Positions 25,260 to 38,439 of a DNA stretch of 64,000 nucleotides are shown here, piece by piece; within the stretch, counting starts at the first letter, position 1, and the number at the start of each line of letters is the position of its first letter. The notes under the pieces were generated by a model. The model was given only the letters and a program-made list of their open reading frames with translations. It was not told the DNA's origin and did not search any database. Source of the DNA: Eledone cirrhosa. Lineage: Eukaryota. Both the position numbers and the translations under genes were made by a program. Where the stretch lies: positions 272,118,001 through 272,182,000 of the forward strand of contig OZ024743.1 of assembly GCA_964016885.1 (NCBI GenBank). The letters are read 5' to 3'.

Positions 25260-26640
25260 AGCATTGTGAGATATGAAGACAAAGACCAATAACATTTTTT
25301 AAAGCCAGTACAATGTGGTAGAAAATACAAAGGACAAATAATGACAAACAAAACAAAGTAATGTTTTACCCAGTGTATTTTAGAATTTTTCAACCCTCTT
25401 TTGAGATACGAAGCTGATACATTCCAAGACAAAACAAACGAACGATCGGAGTTTTCTTCCATAATTGGCGTTTGAAAAACGCATGCGCATGTGTGGGGTC
25501 GCTACAGAAACCATTTTGCTTCGTGCATTTCTGATCTATTATTTATCTCTTGGTTTTATTCGGCTGATGAAAATTTCCTCCTTAATCCTTAAATTTCTTA
25601 TATTCCTTTCAGTCGCCTCTATGGTGACCTCAATGTCTTGACTGTAGCATCTGTCAAGATGTTTTTTAACGGAAGAGGCTCTCATTGTTACGCGTTCATT
25701 GATCAGTATGTGTCGCCTCCTTGTGGTACTTCCTATGTATAAGGAGCTACAATTTTTGCACGTGATCTTATAGATCACATATGCACACTTCTGCATTGTT
25801 GACAGGACGATTAGGAAGTGAGCAACTCTCGCTGTATGTGGGTTGGTGTCTGTGGAGCAGTCTCCTCAATGATCGTCCCTAGTTGCCAGCCGTATATTCA
25901 GTCCCTCCCTACGAATGGTTTATCTGATGACAATCTACGTCTTCTCATTGAAATGTGGCAGCTTTAGGTAGCATATGTTATCCTTAAGGACGCGTATCCT
26001 TCTTCTTTTACGTGTTGCTGGCTTAGCATTTTGGTATTTGGTGAGAAAAGTAGGGTAGCCGTTTTCGGTGAGAATGTTTTGGAATTCCACCTGCTGGTAT
26101 GTTTGTCGCTACCCTCGCTGCATCTGTTGTATGTCTCTGCAGGCATCCTTCCTGTAAAATTTGGCGTATATGGATCCCTCCTATGTGATTCTTAGTGTAA
26201 AGTCGAGTAAAGAGAGGGGAACCCAGTGGTGGCTGGATGTTCAACCTCAAATTTTATATGTGTGTTTTTGTTTTCAAAGACGTAGATGTTGACGGCTTTT
26301 TCGCGTGATGAACTGAGCATAAGGATGTCATCCACGTATCCGGAAAAGTAGGAGCAAAAGCGGTAGGTGGTGAGTGCTGTGTGCTCCAGCTGATCCGTGT
26401 ACGTGATGGCCAGCAGGCCTGAAAGACTAGATCCTGAGATTTGTTTGTATATGGAGCCCTTAAACTGGAGAAAGGTGTTGCACACGACGATAAAGAACAT
26501 TTCACAGATGTCTTCAGCAACAGTGACCGCCAAAACAACTGAGGTCGGTAGTGGCGATGATGTTGTCCGTAATTAACTCGATGGTCGGGGAGGACAGAGG
26601 TGTAGAGGGAAGCTACATCTAAGTTAAATATTGGGTAGGT
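25260..26640 (-). mobile_element. Penelope-like retroelement remnant (RT plus GIY-YIG endonuclease)
   Basis: LDVASLY, FKGSIYKQ and YVDDIL RT motifs, and VIYKITCKNCSSLYIGSTTR...LRIKEEIFI GIY-YIG motifs; frameshifted. Confidence 0.9.
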
Positions 26641-26799
26641 ATTGGTTAGGTGGCAAACATTGTTGCTGAAACATTTGAAATATATTCAAAATAAACATAA
26701 ATTGGCGTATCTCATATTTAATAAAAAAAATCAAAAAAAATCAAAAATCAAAGCTCTCCTCAAAAACGGGGAACATGTTTTTCTTCTGAAAGTCGGGTA

Positions 26800-27580
26800 A
26801 TATTTGCAAGATAACCTTTAGCAATTTGTTTCTAAAGCAGCATTTGTCAACTTTAAGCACTATTATATGGATGAAATTTCTCTGAGTCTTATGGTTGCAC
26901 AATTTTTAATGAACAATATTCAATATTCATGACACTAAAAAGTTGTTCCGCAGCAGCATTTGAATGCGACAAAATAAGGAGTTTTAATAGCTAAATCAGA
27001 AAGCACCTTAAGCGGATTTTCTCCAGCAGAATCTCTATACAAAGAAACTTCAATTAAACATGAAATAATATTCAAAATTTCAACCCAGGGTACATTCCAT
27101 ATTTGCCTCCATTGAAAATGTATTTTAGTTATGGTCGTGTGGTTTTCATTAAAAAATATTTCGCACTATTTAAAATTGCAGGTTTGATATGTTTGAGGCG
27201 TATCAAAATATTTCAGATATTCTAAAAGTTTGAAATCATCTGGCATTCGCTGCACAAGCTCGATGATGAATTTAATGCATCCTTCGTGTATTTCATTTTC
27301 TGCTTGTTGAAGAAATTTACATTGGGAGACTTCATTCTTAAATTGAAAATCAAGCCCAAAACTAATGTTTTGGGCTTACAAAACCCAGATTTGCTTATGC
27401 TTTCCCCCTCGCATAAGAATAATTGAAGAACTAAGAGAATCTAATAAGATATTATAGATGATGCAATAAATTAGATCTTGTATTTGAGATTCAAAAAATT
27501 TAAGGTTTACACTTAAGAAAATAATTGATAAAAAAAGCTCGACTTTGGCTCTATCCTGGGTCATGGACTCACCCTATCCT
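26800..27580 (-). mobile_element. Degenerate hAT-like transposase C-terminal fragment
   Basis: Minus strand LLILSHSNAAAEQLFSVMNI near 26925-26985 resembles the PHSNA..ER.FS hAT dimerization motif. Confidence 0.5.
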
Positions 27581-29258
27581 TAATTTCGAAACGCTAGCTT
27601 AGTTTTTGGCATGTGTTAAGAAGAGAAGAAAGAGAGTTTGAGCGTGAGGCAAACACCCATACCTCCATTAATCAACATTTTTACAGAAACGACAAGCTAC
27701 CAGGCCTAGGAACAGCCCCGTACGAAATAGAGATCACTCGTCACCCAATGCTTCACGAGGAGCAAAAGGAATCAAAGGAAAATATATTACAGCATATTAT
27801 TTTATTCGTTGTCAATAAGTATTCTTATATCCCAATATGTAGAGTGGAAAGAGCGTCAGATAGAATGTTGTGCGGTATTCATTTCTGCTCTCTGTGCTCT
27901 GAGTTCAAACCCCGTCGACGTCAACTTTGACTTTATCTTTTTGAGATCAATAAACATGTATCAGTCCAGTACTAGTGTCTATTCTTGCTTTATATCTCTT
28001 TCTCACTTTCTATCATTCTCTCTCACTCTCCTTCTCTGGAAAAAAGTTGACTGTGTTCAGTGCTAAAGAGGGGACGAGCTTCGACAGGTTTAAATGCCCA
28101 AAACACGCTGTGTCACTTCGATACCCCTATAACTGCACGAGGAGTTACGGGTTTATACATGCATGCATACATACATGTTGATGGCTACTTCTTGTCAGAA
28201 GAGTGACATCTATTCATTGAACATTGTACGAACATGTGCATGCAGCTGACTTTTCAGACTAGCTTTGAAGGCCTTCTAAAAGGTGGTCCACATAGGACCC
28301 TCTGCAACAAGACACTTCTGATTTAGCCTGTTCTTCTCTTCCATAAGCATGGCGATTGCAGCATCATTATCATCAAACCAGTATCGGTGTTTTGCCTTCT
28401 AAACACCGAGTACATAAACTCCAGCATTATAAATCTGTTTTAAACTGTTCCCAAGATTCATCAAAGATACCGTTTACAAATGCGAGGTACTCTTCATAAT
28501 GCACATTATGAAGAGTACCTCGCATTTGTAAACATTGCAGTTTGGACACATCTATACGTTTTTGCAGTTGTACTCCTGCTGCCCTCAGTTTTTCCTCTCA
28601 TCTGCACTTTCATCTTGCCACGCACAAGTTTGTGGTCTGAGCCTAATTCTACACTACGCATTACTTTTACAGAGTAGATGTCCTGGAGGTCTTTCTTCCT
28701 GTTGATGATATAATCCAATATGTGTCCATGTTTAGATCTCGGGAGTATTCATGTTGTCTTGTGGATCTCCTTTTTGCACACCCATCATTGCAAAAGGAGA
28801 AGACCATTGACATTCATCTTGCCCATGCCGTAACATCTTAAAACACTGAAATATTAAAGCATTCAAATCTCCCAGAAGCAAGATCTTGTCCGAATGTGGA
28901 ATCGATGTTATACAACCTCATAAATCTTAGTACAAAGCTATGTTTGATTTCTGGCTACTATCCAGGGCTGGGGTATACACCGAAATGATAGTTATGAAAC
29001 TTTCGGGGGTCAGTAGAAACACTTCTGAATTAGCAGAGGTGGGGTGGGGTGTCAAATTTGGTCAATTTAGTTGTAGTGATTAGTTTTTCTCTTTGCACTC
29101 TAAAATGGTCAGAAAACTTCGATATGCGATAAACATAACATGTACATAAATTGTAGTGCATATCCAAATAGATGTGTGTTTTGGTAGTTTGGGGAGAAAA
29201 ATATAATTATTGGGAGGGGGCTTGGCTCCACTGCCCTCCCCCCTAGTTCCACCCCCGC

Positions 29259-29303
<45 letters not shown>

Positions 29304-29366
29304 GTAAAAAAAAAATAATGCTCTGTACCCTTTCCTTAGTGGTTGATATATCAAGCTTCTTCGCAT

Positions 29367-29406
29367 TTGGTAATAAACTGGTATTATAATACCAGTTTAT
29401 TACCAA
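29367..29406. repeat. Perfect 40 bp palindrome without spacer
   Basis: ttggtaataaactggtatta|taataccagtttattaccaa. Confidence 0.95.
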
Positions 29407-29414
29407 TTTATTCA

Positions 29415-29510
<96 letters not shown>

Positions 29511-29535
29511 TATCCTATCATGTCTATTGGTGAGC

Positions 29536-29616
29536 TGTGTTACTCTAAAGTTTCACCTGCGCACTCACAGGACCACCAGTCATGTCTGATGATCCTGTAA
29601 GTACTCAGGTGAAACT
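29536..29616. ncRNA. Inverted pair of hammerhead-like cores, one truncated and one mutated
   Basis: Plus strand: augu-CUGAUGA-u-ccug-uaaguacu-cagg-u-GAAA-cu, then truncated. Minus strand: CUGGUGG-u-ccug...cagg-u-GAAA-cuuuagag-UA-acac. The centre is catg at 29581-29584. Confidence 0.6.
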
Positions 29617-29799
29617 AATGAATATTTAAACTCTATTTCGGTATTGAGTTTTCATTCTTACGTCCGTCAATAATTCACGTTCTCTCAGGTCTTATTATTT
29701 TATTTTACATTAAAATAAAACATTATATACGACAATGTACTTACATTACAAGAAATCCCATATTTACGAACTTAAACCATCCAATTACCGATTTCCCAA

Positions 29800-30655
29800 G
29801 CCTCCCCCTTTATTCCCACCCCTCCTATTATTTGGGACCCTCTCTATGTCTACTACACTTTTCCATTATCCTTTCTGTATATCTATAATCATCAAATTCT
29901 CCTCCTCTCTATATCTAACATACAAAACACTCTCCCAATACCCTCTTTATATCAATCATTTCCAAACTCCCCCCTCGCCATCTCTACCACACTCTCTCGT
30001 AATCGGTCTCTCTCTATCCATAACAGACTCCCCCCTCTATATCTTTTATGATACTGTCTTTCCTAATCCCCCTCTCTATATTTAGCAATATTTATCACTC
30101 CCAACCCCCTCATTATATCTAGAAGCATTGAAATATACACCTCTCGATATCTACTACACGACACTCTCTCTCCCAATCCCCTTCTATATATCAACTACCA
30201 CCAAACTATCCCCATCTCTATATCTACCATACAACACTCTCTCTCATTCCCTCTCACTCTATCCATCACTACCAAAATCTCCCCCTCTCTATATCTATCA
30301 ATACCTATCTCTATCAATCCTCTCACTCTATTCATTTCCACCAAACTCTCACCCTCTCTATATCTACTACACGGAACTCTCTTCCAATATCCCTCTCTAT
30401 ATCAATTACACCCCCCCCCCTCTGTATATCTACTACACAAAACTCTCTTCCAATCTCCCTCTCTATATCAATTTACACCAAACTCTCCCCCTCTCTATAT
30501 ATACTACATGGAACTCTCTTCCAACCCCCCTCTCTATATCAATAAGCATAAATCTCCCCTCAATATCTAATATACAACATACTCTCCCAACCTTCCTCTC
30601 TATACCATTTAACACCAAACTCTGCCCCCTCTATATCTATATCTCCAATCTATCT
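29800..30655. repeat. Degenerate C/T-rich minisatellite (cccctctctatatc core, period roughly 35 bp)
   Basis: Recurrent ccctctctatatctactacac motif with almost no G on the + strand; it produces the spurious ORF 30128-30871. Confidence 0.8.
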
Positions 30656-33600
30656 CTACATAACATGTTCATAAATTGTAGCGCATATACAAATAGATGT
30701 GTGTTTTGGTATTTTGGGGAGAAAAATATAATTATTGGGGGAGAGCGGCAGTTCCACCGCCTCTGCTTTCAGATGCATAATTCAATCACCAATGCCTTGT
30801 GGTTGCTCCAGCCGTTTTGTGACCTCTGTCCTGAGAGCGTAATCTACTCCATTCCTTTTCTCCCCATTTGATTTCCCTTTCCAGAAGAACGCATAGCCAG
30901 CACCCCTCTCTGATAGATGACCTTCATTCCTAAGACAGGTTTCAGAGAGTGCAGCTATATCAATATTATACATACTCAATTCTCTTCCAACAATAGCAGT
31001 TCTGCGTTCTGAATGATTTCCAGTCAAGACGTGTTTTAACATTCCATGTATCAACATTCAATGGGTTTCTATTCTTCTGAAAATTCTTCTGAAAATTACT
31101 ATTTTTCTTCTTGTTTTTCCTGCCAGTATGAACACCACTAGGTTCATGGTGGAACAATGTTTGGGTTACTTTTTCTATCTCTCTTTCAAGATTTGGGTGA
31201 GCAGTATTCTCCCTTGAAAGAGCTGCATACACACACGCACATGCAACCCCCACACCCACACATACATATTTACACATCTACACAACATATACACATGTAC
31301 ACACTATTGGATTGCCGTTGACTCTCATAAGTTCCTCCACCCTTAGGTTTTGTTTTTCATTCTGCAAGGTGTCCAAACTCACCCTCCTCACCAAGCAAGC
31401 TTGATGGGGTTGCCAATTTTGTCGCCGATGACCCGACCATGCGACAGGTTGTACAGGGTTGCATGTTACCAGGAGCATTCAGGATCGACCCAATTTTTCT
31501 CTATCTCCCCTTCCCGCCCGTCATATATGTCATGTAGAACTTCTGTGAATCTACAACTAGTTGAGGATATTTTCAGTTTCCAGATCTTCCTTCTCCAGAT
31601 TCATCTATGTCTCTTGGTCCATCTAAGTATTACTGTTAAGTCACTAAAGAGTTATCTATGTTGGGTGGTATATTCTCAATCAGAGAACTAGGCATTTACA
31701 ACTATCAGTTTGTCCCACTTCCTGGTGAGAATAAAGTCAATTTGGTTTGTGTGTTCACTTGATTGGTACGTGTTCAAGTGGTTGGTCAGTTTGCTGTTGC
31801 AAATGGTAAGATCATTTACATGACAGAACACAAAGAACCTTGAGTCATCCAAGGTTTTCGTACCATATCTATGCCTTCGTATACGCCGGAGAAGCCATCT
31901 TGGTATTGCTCAACGTGTCTATTAAAATAATTGTTTCTACGTTTTGGCACAAGGCCAGCAATCACCCAGTGCATTACTGGTACTTTATTTTATCGACCCC
32001 GTAAGGATAAAAGGCAAAGTTAACCTCGGCGAGATTTGAACTCAGAATGGCAAGAGCCGTAACTCTATACGTCAAAGCATGGCGTCCGACCCTCTATCGA
32101 TACTGCCAATCCACCGCAATCATTAGAAATAACGAGGTTTCTGTCATTCATTATCACGTTAACTTGCAAGAAGGCCTGGAAAAAATAGTCCTCTTCTTCA
32201 TTTGTCCGCCCTGATCGTGGTGAATAAGTAAAGATAAATGTTATCATATTGTTGTCTAATCCAAATTATTCTGTCAGACATTCTTAAATCAAAATTCGTA
32301 GGCTGTGAAATAAATTCTAAGACATTTTTCTGCTAACTCGAAAGCCGTATGTCCAGATATATTCCAATGAGCCACGACTGACGAGAGATCAAACAAGCCA
32401 ATCTTTTTCATGTGTGCGTGCTTCCGTGTTTATAATTCAAACTATCTGACTAAATTTCTTATTAAAGTTAATTGTCATGATTCTTTATTCTTTTGTAAAT
32501 TATACTGAAATATTAGTATCACATTTTCACAGTCGCTTTTTGCTTCAGAAAAAAACATTCTGACATATACTTCGACTAAACAAGATCAAAACGTGTTGGC
32601 TGTCAGCTAATATTTCTGAAGAAGGGTCTTACATTGTTGATACGAAATGCGAAGCATAACATACCGGCTTGTCGCTTTGTCAAAAGAAAACGTTTAAAAC
32701 ATTTTCCTATAGATTCAACGGCACACCTCTATTTTTTCCCCATTCACTTTACCAAAAGTTATTAAAGCAACATTTGTTTCTTCTTTTCTGAATACAATGC
32801 CTATTTAACTGGAAAAAGAATTCACCCTTTTCTTGACCTTTCTTTCTTTGAATATATTTTCTTTTGTTTGAAATATGACGTGATCGTAATTGGTAGCTGG
32901 ATGACGCCATGTTTCTTGCTAGTTAAATAATTTACTTTAAATAACCGTTCACCGTTTCTGGAAATATCATGGGGATTGATTTCGTCAGACCAGCTGAAGC
33001 AGTTCGACTGGCTTCCTTGAATGTAAACAAAATATATTAAACAATGTGACTGTTGGATTGTTTCGGCATCTCAAAGAATACTTTGTACAGACTTGTTAGT
33101 AGATCAATAATTTCTATTAGGGATAACCAAGACAATTTATTTTAAGGCGGCGAATTGGCCAAATTATTAAAAGGTTGGCTAGAATACTTTGCGGTATTCG
33201 GAACGATCCCGGTGTGACTATCATGTCTTTTATCAATGTACAGTAAACTCAACCCTACATTATACAATGTGTCTTTTTCAAAGAGGGGAGGATATGTAAT
33301 CGCTAGAGCGTCGGACAAAATGTTTTAGTTAAAATTTTCTACGTTCTGAGTTCAAATCCTGCCGTGGTCAGCTTTGCCTATCATTGATAGGTCGATAAAA
33401 CAAAGTACCAGTTATACACTGGAGTTGATATAATCGACTTTCTCTTCTCCCCAAATTACTGACTTTGTGCCAATTTTAGAAATAAGTAATTATAGTGGCC
33501 GTGGGTATTGGTTTTGGTAGTTTCATATCTGTTCATGTTGTAGCCAAGTAGTCAACTGTTGCTATATTCCCTTTCGTCGCTTTTCTATTTCAAGCAACTT

Positions 33601-34185
33601 TCTTTGAGAGAAAAGAGTGTGCCCCGTGTCCCTATCACTATTTCCCAATGTTGAACGTTGGTAGACCTCGTTCCTGCAGCTTCTCTCCGCGCTATGTAAA
33701 CCTGTCGTCTAGCTTCTATTCAAGCTTCTATTAAAGGATGTATTTACATCTGTCATTCATAAAATATATACTTAACAGATTATGACATTTCTGAGCTATG
33801 TCTGTCTATAGGTCGAGACTGGGTTATGTCTCTGGGTTTAGTCAAAATAGTTCTCCCTATTTAGTATAAATCTGAGAGATGAACGTTCTGTCCACGAAGA
33901 TAAAGTTGTTTACATCTGTCCATACATAGAGTGTAGGCTAATATATATATATATATATATGTATGTGTGTATGTTGCGTGTGTGTGTCTGTGTGTGCACA
34001 TGCGTGTGTGTGTGCGTGCACATGTGTGTGTATGTGAGCACGCGTGTGTGTGTGTATTCTGTAGTAGAGTATAAGGAATTTGAGAGAAAGCGACAACTTT
34101 TCCTGCTTTGTCTATGTTTATCTACGGCTGATTAAAAGGGCTGTCATTTGTCTTGTTAATTCTTGTCATACATCGCCTTCTCTTG

Positions 34186-34620
34186 GTGGTAGTGATGGTG
34201 GTAGGGGTGGTGGTGGTGATGGAAGTGGTGATGGTGATGGAAGTGGTGATAGTAGTGGTGTGGTGGTAGAGGGTGGTGGTAGTGTTGATGGTAATGATAG
34301 TGGTGGTAGTGTTGATGGTAATGATAGTGGTGGTGGTAGGGGGTGGTAGTGGAGGTCAGGTGGTGGTAGAGGGTGATGGTAGGATTTGTGGTGGTGGTGG
34401 AGGCGGTGGTGGAAGTGGTGGTGGTAGGGGTGTTGGTAGTGTTGATGGTAATGATAGTGGTGGTGGTACTAGTGGAGGTGGTGGTAGTGGTAGTGTTGAT
34501 GGTAGTGATAGTGGTGTTGATAGTAGTGGTAGTAGAGGTGGGGGCGGGGGGGGGTGGTAGGGGTGGTGGTAGGGGTAGTGATAGTGGTAGTAGTGGTAGT
34601 AGAGGTGATGGAACTGGTGT
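34186..34620. repeat. (GGT/AGT/GAT)n low-complexity tract
   Basis: Degenerate trinucleotide repeat that is open in several frames. Confidence 0.9.
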
Positions 34621-35249
34621 GATTGTCATTAAGGTTTTGGTTTCATCTACTCAATGTACTCGATGATCTTTATAAATTACATTGAGATTTCTTCACATCT
34701 CCCCACCTTTCGTTCTTTCTTTCTATATCTATCTATTTTTCTTTCTTCCCTCTCTTCCCCATATATATTTGCTCTATGGGTTTTTTAATTATACATTTTA
34801 TATAATCCTTATCGAGCCCTCTTCGGATGCTATACAGCATAGAGTTACGGCCCTTTATGCGCACATGTATGTATACATATATATATGTGTGTGTGTGCGT
34901 ATATATATATATATATATATAGTAATAATTGTTTCTACTTTTGGCACAAGGCCAGCAATTACCCAGTGCATTACTGGTACTTTATCTTATCGACCCCGTA
35001 AGGATGAAAGGCAAAGTTAACCTCGGCGGGATTTGAACTCAGAACGTAAAGAGACGTAACTATGCCACAAAGCAAGGTTTCCGACGCTCTACCGATTCTG
35101 CCAATCCACCGCCCTCTTAGCATGATGTAATAATAAACATGAATAGAGGACCATAAATCAAATTTTAGAGAGGAACTATCACATTACTTAATTGGGTCTT
35201 GCTGTAGTGATGATAAAATACCAATTAACCTTCGGTTTCTTTTCTTCAG

Positions 35250-35556
35250 GGAATCAAATTATTGAATAACAAACCAATTGGCAGCAGTAATAAGATTAGC
35301 GATGGAATATCCAAAGATTTTAATAGCCAAGACAGAAATAAAGCTAGTATGAAGACTAGTTTCAAAGAAATATATTCTAAATCAATATTGCAGAATTCTA
35401 AACGTAGAGAATTAGCAGATTTTCCTCCTTTGGAAATTACCGAACTGAAATATGGACAATTTCTCGACAAAAATAAATTAAATGTTGAAGATACAAAAGA
35501 TGAAGAGGAAGATGAACATCGATTTCCTAAATCACAAAGTTCGAACAACTTAGAAG
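35250..35556 (+). CDS. Metalloprotease exon 2 (charged N-terminal prodomain extension GIKLLNNKP...SSNNLE)
   Basis: Acceptor tttcttttcttcag|G, 307 nt open frame (ORF 35262), donor G|GTGAGT. Phase 0 in and phase 1 out, matching both neighbours. Confidence 0.75.
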
Positions 35557-38439
35557 GTGAGTACGAACTCGTTTATTTCTATTGAAGCCTGTAAAGATTA
35601 TGTTTGTAAGTGTCTTTGAAAGATGCCAAATGTTCCTGAAAATAGGCGTTGCTATATTTACATGACAAGATTCAAATTAAAAAATATCACATTTTTATTC
35701 ACAAAAGAAATAGGAATAACATTTTTGTGAAGAAGTTGTTCTGCATTTCATCCACAAATCAACTTGTCAGACCACAAAGAAAGATATCTATCTATCAATA
35801 AAGAAAGATATATTATTCAAAGTTCTCTTTACATTTGGCCTGCAGTAAGCCCGTTCAGTTATTTCCATTTTCTTGATAACTCCTCCTACTGACCTTTACT
35901 GAATCATTGAAAAAATACCTTTCGTATATCGAAGTAGACCACTGCCTATGAGTCTCCAAAACAAGAAAATTTATTGTTACGACATTATAAATCGCAGATC
36001 AATGATCCCATCCCCATGTCGTTCATTGTTAGGTCAAAGTGATCACGAATCTTGGGTAATGACTGAACGAATGCAATCGCGAAGTGAGGTTCCTTCGAAA
36101 GGTCTTTGGATTAACGTTACTTGATAGGTTGCTTGCTTGGAGATCAAGCAGTCTCTCCAAGGAGAGCCGTTACTCCTCCGAATCGAGAGATCACAGCTGT
36201 GATACTACAGACATGTGGTCAGAATGTCTATAGAAACAAATCGCAGGACAGATTTTACGGGTAATGCCAATCGACAGAAGACCCAGAGGTAAATATTGAG
36301 CTGGATCAAGTAGAAAGAGTTGCTTCGGATAGGACTCTCTGAAAGCCATGTCTTATCTCCACGACCTTCTCAATAATAGTAATAATAATAATGATTTCTG
36401 TTATAGGCACAAGGCCAGCTATTTGGGGGAAGGGGAAAGTCGATTAAATCGACCTCCTAAGAAGAAGAAGGAAGTCAAAATATTTGATCAAACTTTCACT
36501 GCTCCAGCTTCCAGAGAAATTATTCCTTTCGTTATACAATTCATGAAAATTGAAAGCAAGGAATCTTCTTGAAAGTTGTTTCCATGTATGCAGTGACTAA
36601 AATAAACATTTACTAGATTTAATCTTGAATTACTAAGAATTCTCTACTTTTGCGTGTATGGTTTGACCTGTCAAGGATTTCAAACTTACGAGTATACCTG
36701 CTGTCATAAGGATTCATCAAATCTCGAAGACATCTCATGAGTTGACGCTGATAATAATTGTAATATAGTCATATATAAAATTGTTTGAGAGGTTACCAGT
36801 TGTAACAGTCCAAGGTTAAATTTAGATGAAAAATGTCAAAATTAAGATAAAATGAAACGGGGAGAAGAAATGTGTTAAATATGTTTATTTAGTGTGATAA
36901 TTGGTATGTTAGCTGTATCCTTAATTTGTAAAACCCTCTGGGAATACTGATCAGTTATTGTTGATTCTAGAATTGTTTGTCTTGCTCTGACAAACATCCC
37001 TGACATAATACTTTAATGTTCAGTTAAATACAAAGAAAATATCAATTTTTCTAATACATCAGCAATATGTAGAATCCAAAACGATGGAAAGCTGCTGAAA
37101 AAAACCTTCTGTCAGAAATCCAAACAGACCATATTGATGAGGAGGTTGATACTTAAAATAAAGTTTTGTGTGATTAATTTGAGGAATTTTAACGTTTATT
37201 GGGCTTTTGTTTGTGTATGGAGATTTCTCCCCTAAAGTTGAAGTTTAAGGTTCCATTTTATACACACAACCACCTATCAGGTTTAGAGAGCAATAAAGGA
37301 AATCAATAAATATTCGATGCTCTATTTCTTCAAAAGAAATTCTTTAACTTCTTTGAGAACAAACAGCTCTTCTCCTTTCGTGTGTGGGTTGAAGTAGAGA
37401 AAAGCCGGTTCTGTCTTACAAAATTTCTCTCCAAGGCACTACTTTCAAGAATAAACTAAATGTATATAGAAAATAATAGGACCACTTAATTACTCACAGT
37501 TTCCCATTATTTTCTATATTCAACCATATCCCCGAGACCGTTTCTATCAAATCTAATGAATTTCATTTACATTCTTCTAAAACTTTACTTTATTTATGTG
37601 ATCAATTTGATCTCTTTTTAATTATAATACTAAGACGGCAAATTGACAGAGTGGATAGAACGTCGAATAGAATGCTTTTGTGGTATTCATTCCGGCTCTT
37701 TGTCTCTGAGTTCAAATCCCTGCGAGGTCAACTTTTCATTTCATCCTTTTGAGGTCGATAAAAAGCACCAGGCTAGTACTAGGATCGATTCTTTCTCTAT
37801 ATATCTTTTTTACGTCCTCTCTTTCACTATCCTTCTCTGGAAGATATCTGCTGAAAAGCAGATGTGCTCCACCAGGCTTAAAATACACAAGAAACGTCAT
37901 ATGTCATTATAGAACATACACGACTCAATCAGGTGTTACAAGATTAAGAGAAAGAGGAGCATTATAATATTAATCTTAATTGGGTTTATATAAAAGGTAT
38001 TATTGGAATTACTTGAGTTTTACATCTTGATTCACACTGACACTGGTTTGCAGTTTAGAACACCTCATGCATCTGGTCCTAACATCGTAAAACATTGGCA
38101 AATTTTGTTTCAGCTTCTCATCGTACAATGTAAACCTGCCATCTAGCTTCTATTCAAATTTCTTAATATTGTTGTTTGTTGTCCACGTATTCCTGTTTTT
38201 TCAGGCTTGTCTTTTAGTTTTTATAGCCCTATCTATAATACTATTTCACCACCAAGTCCCCTTTTCCCCTAGCCGGTATCTTGCTCCACAGGCTGTCTCA
38301 TAGAGACTTTCAATTGTCATATATATCTTAAACATGTGTCTCCTTCTTCTTATCATAGGTATCACGTAGAATTTTTCCGAACGAGAGGGATCTTTTAGCT
38401 TCCACTACCCCATCTCCATATTGTACTGCGTCACAAATT

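Larger units (their letters stand above)
28170..31420 (-). mobile_element. RTE LINE 5' region (APE endonuclease) split by a ~1.7 kb insertion
   Basis: TWNVKT...RRTAIVGRELSMYNIDIAALSET...PQGIGD (30770-31070) resumes as ITIISVYTP near 29000, followed by DYII and GSDHKLV. Confidence 0.85.

Noticed and set aside
30128-30871. 247 aa ORF
   Set aside because: It lies in a G-poor minisatellite where stop codons are rare, and has no domain signature.
34080-34666. Gly-, Thr- or His-rich ORFs resembling mucin or glycine-rich proteins
   Set aside because: A trinucleotide low-complexity tract open on both strands, with no convincing splice sites linking it to the gene.
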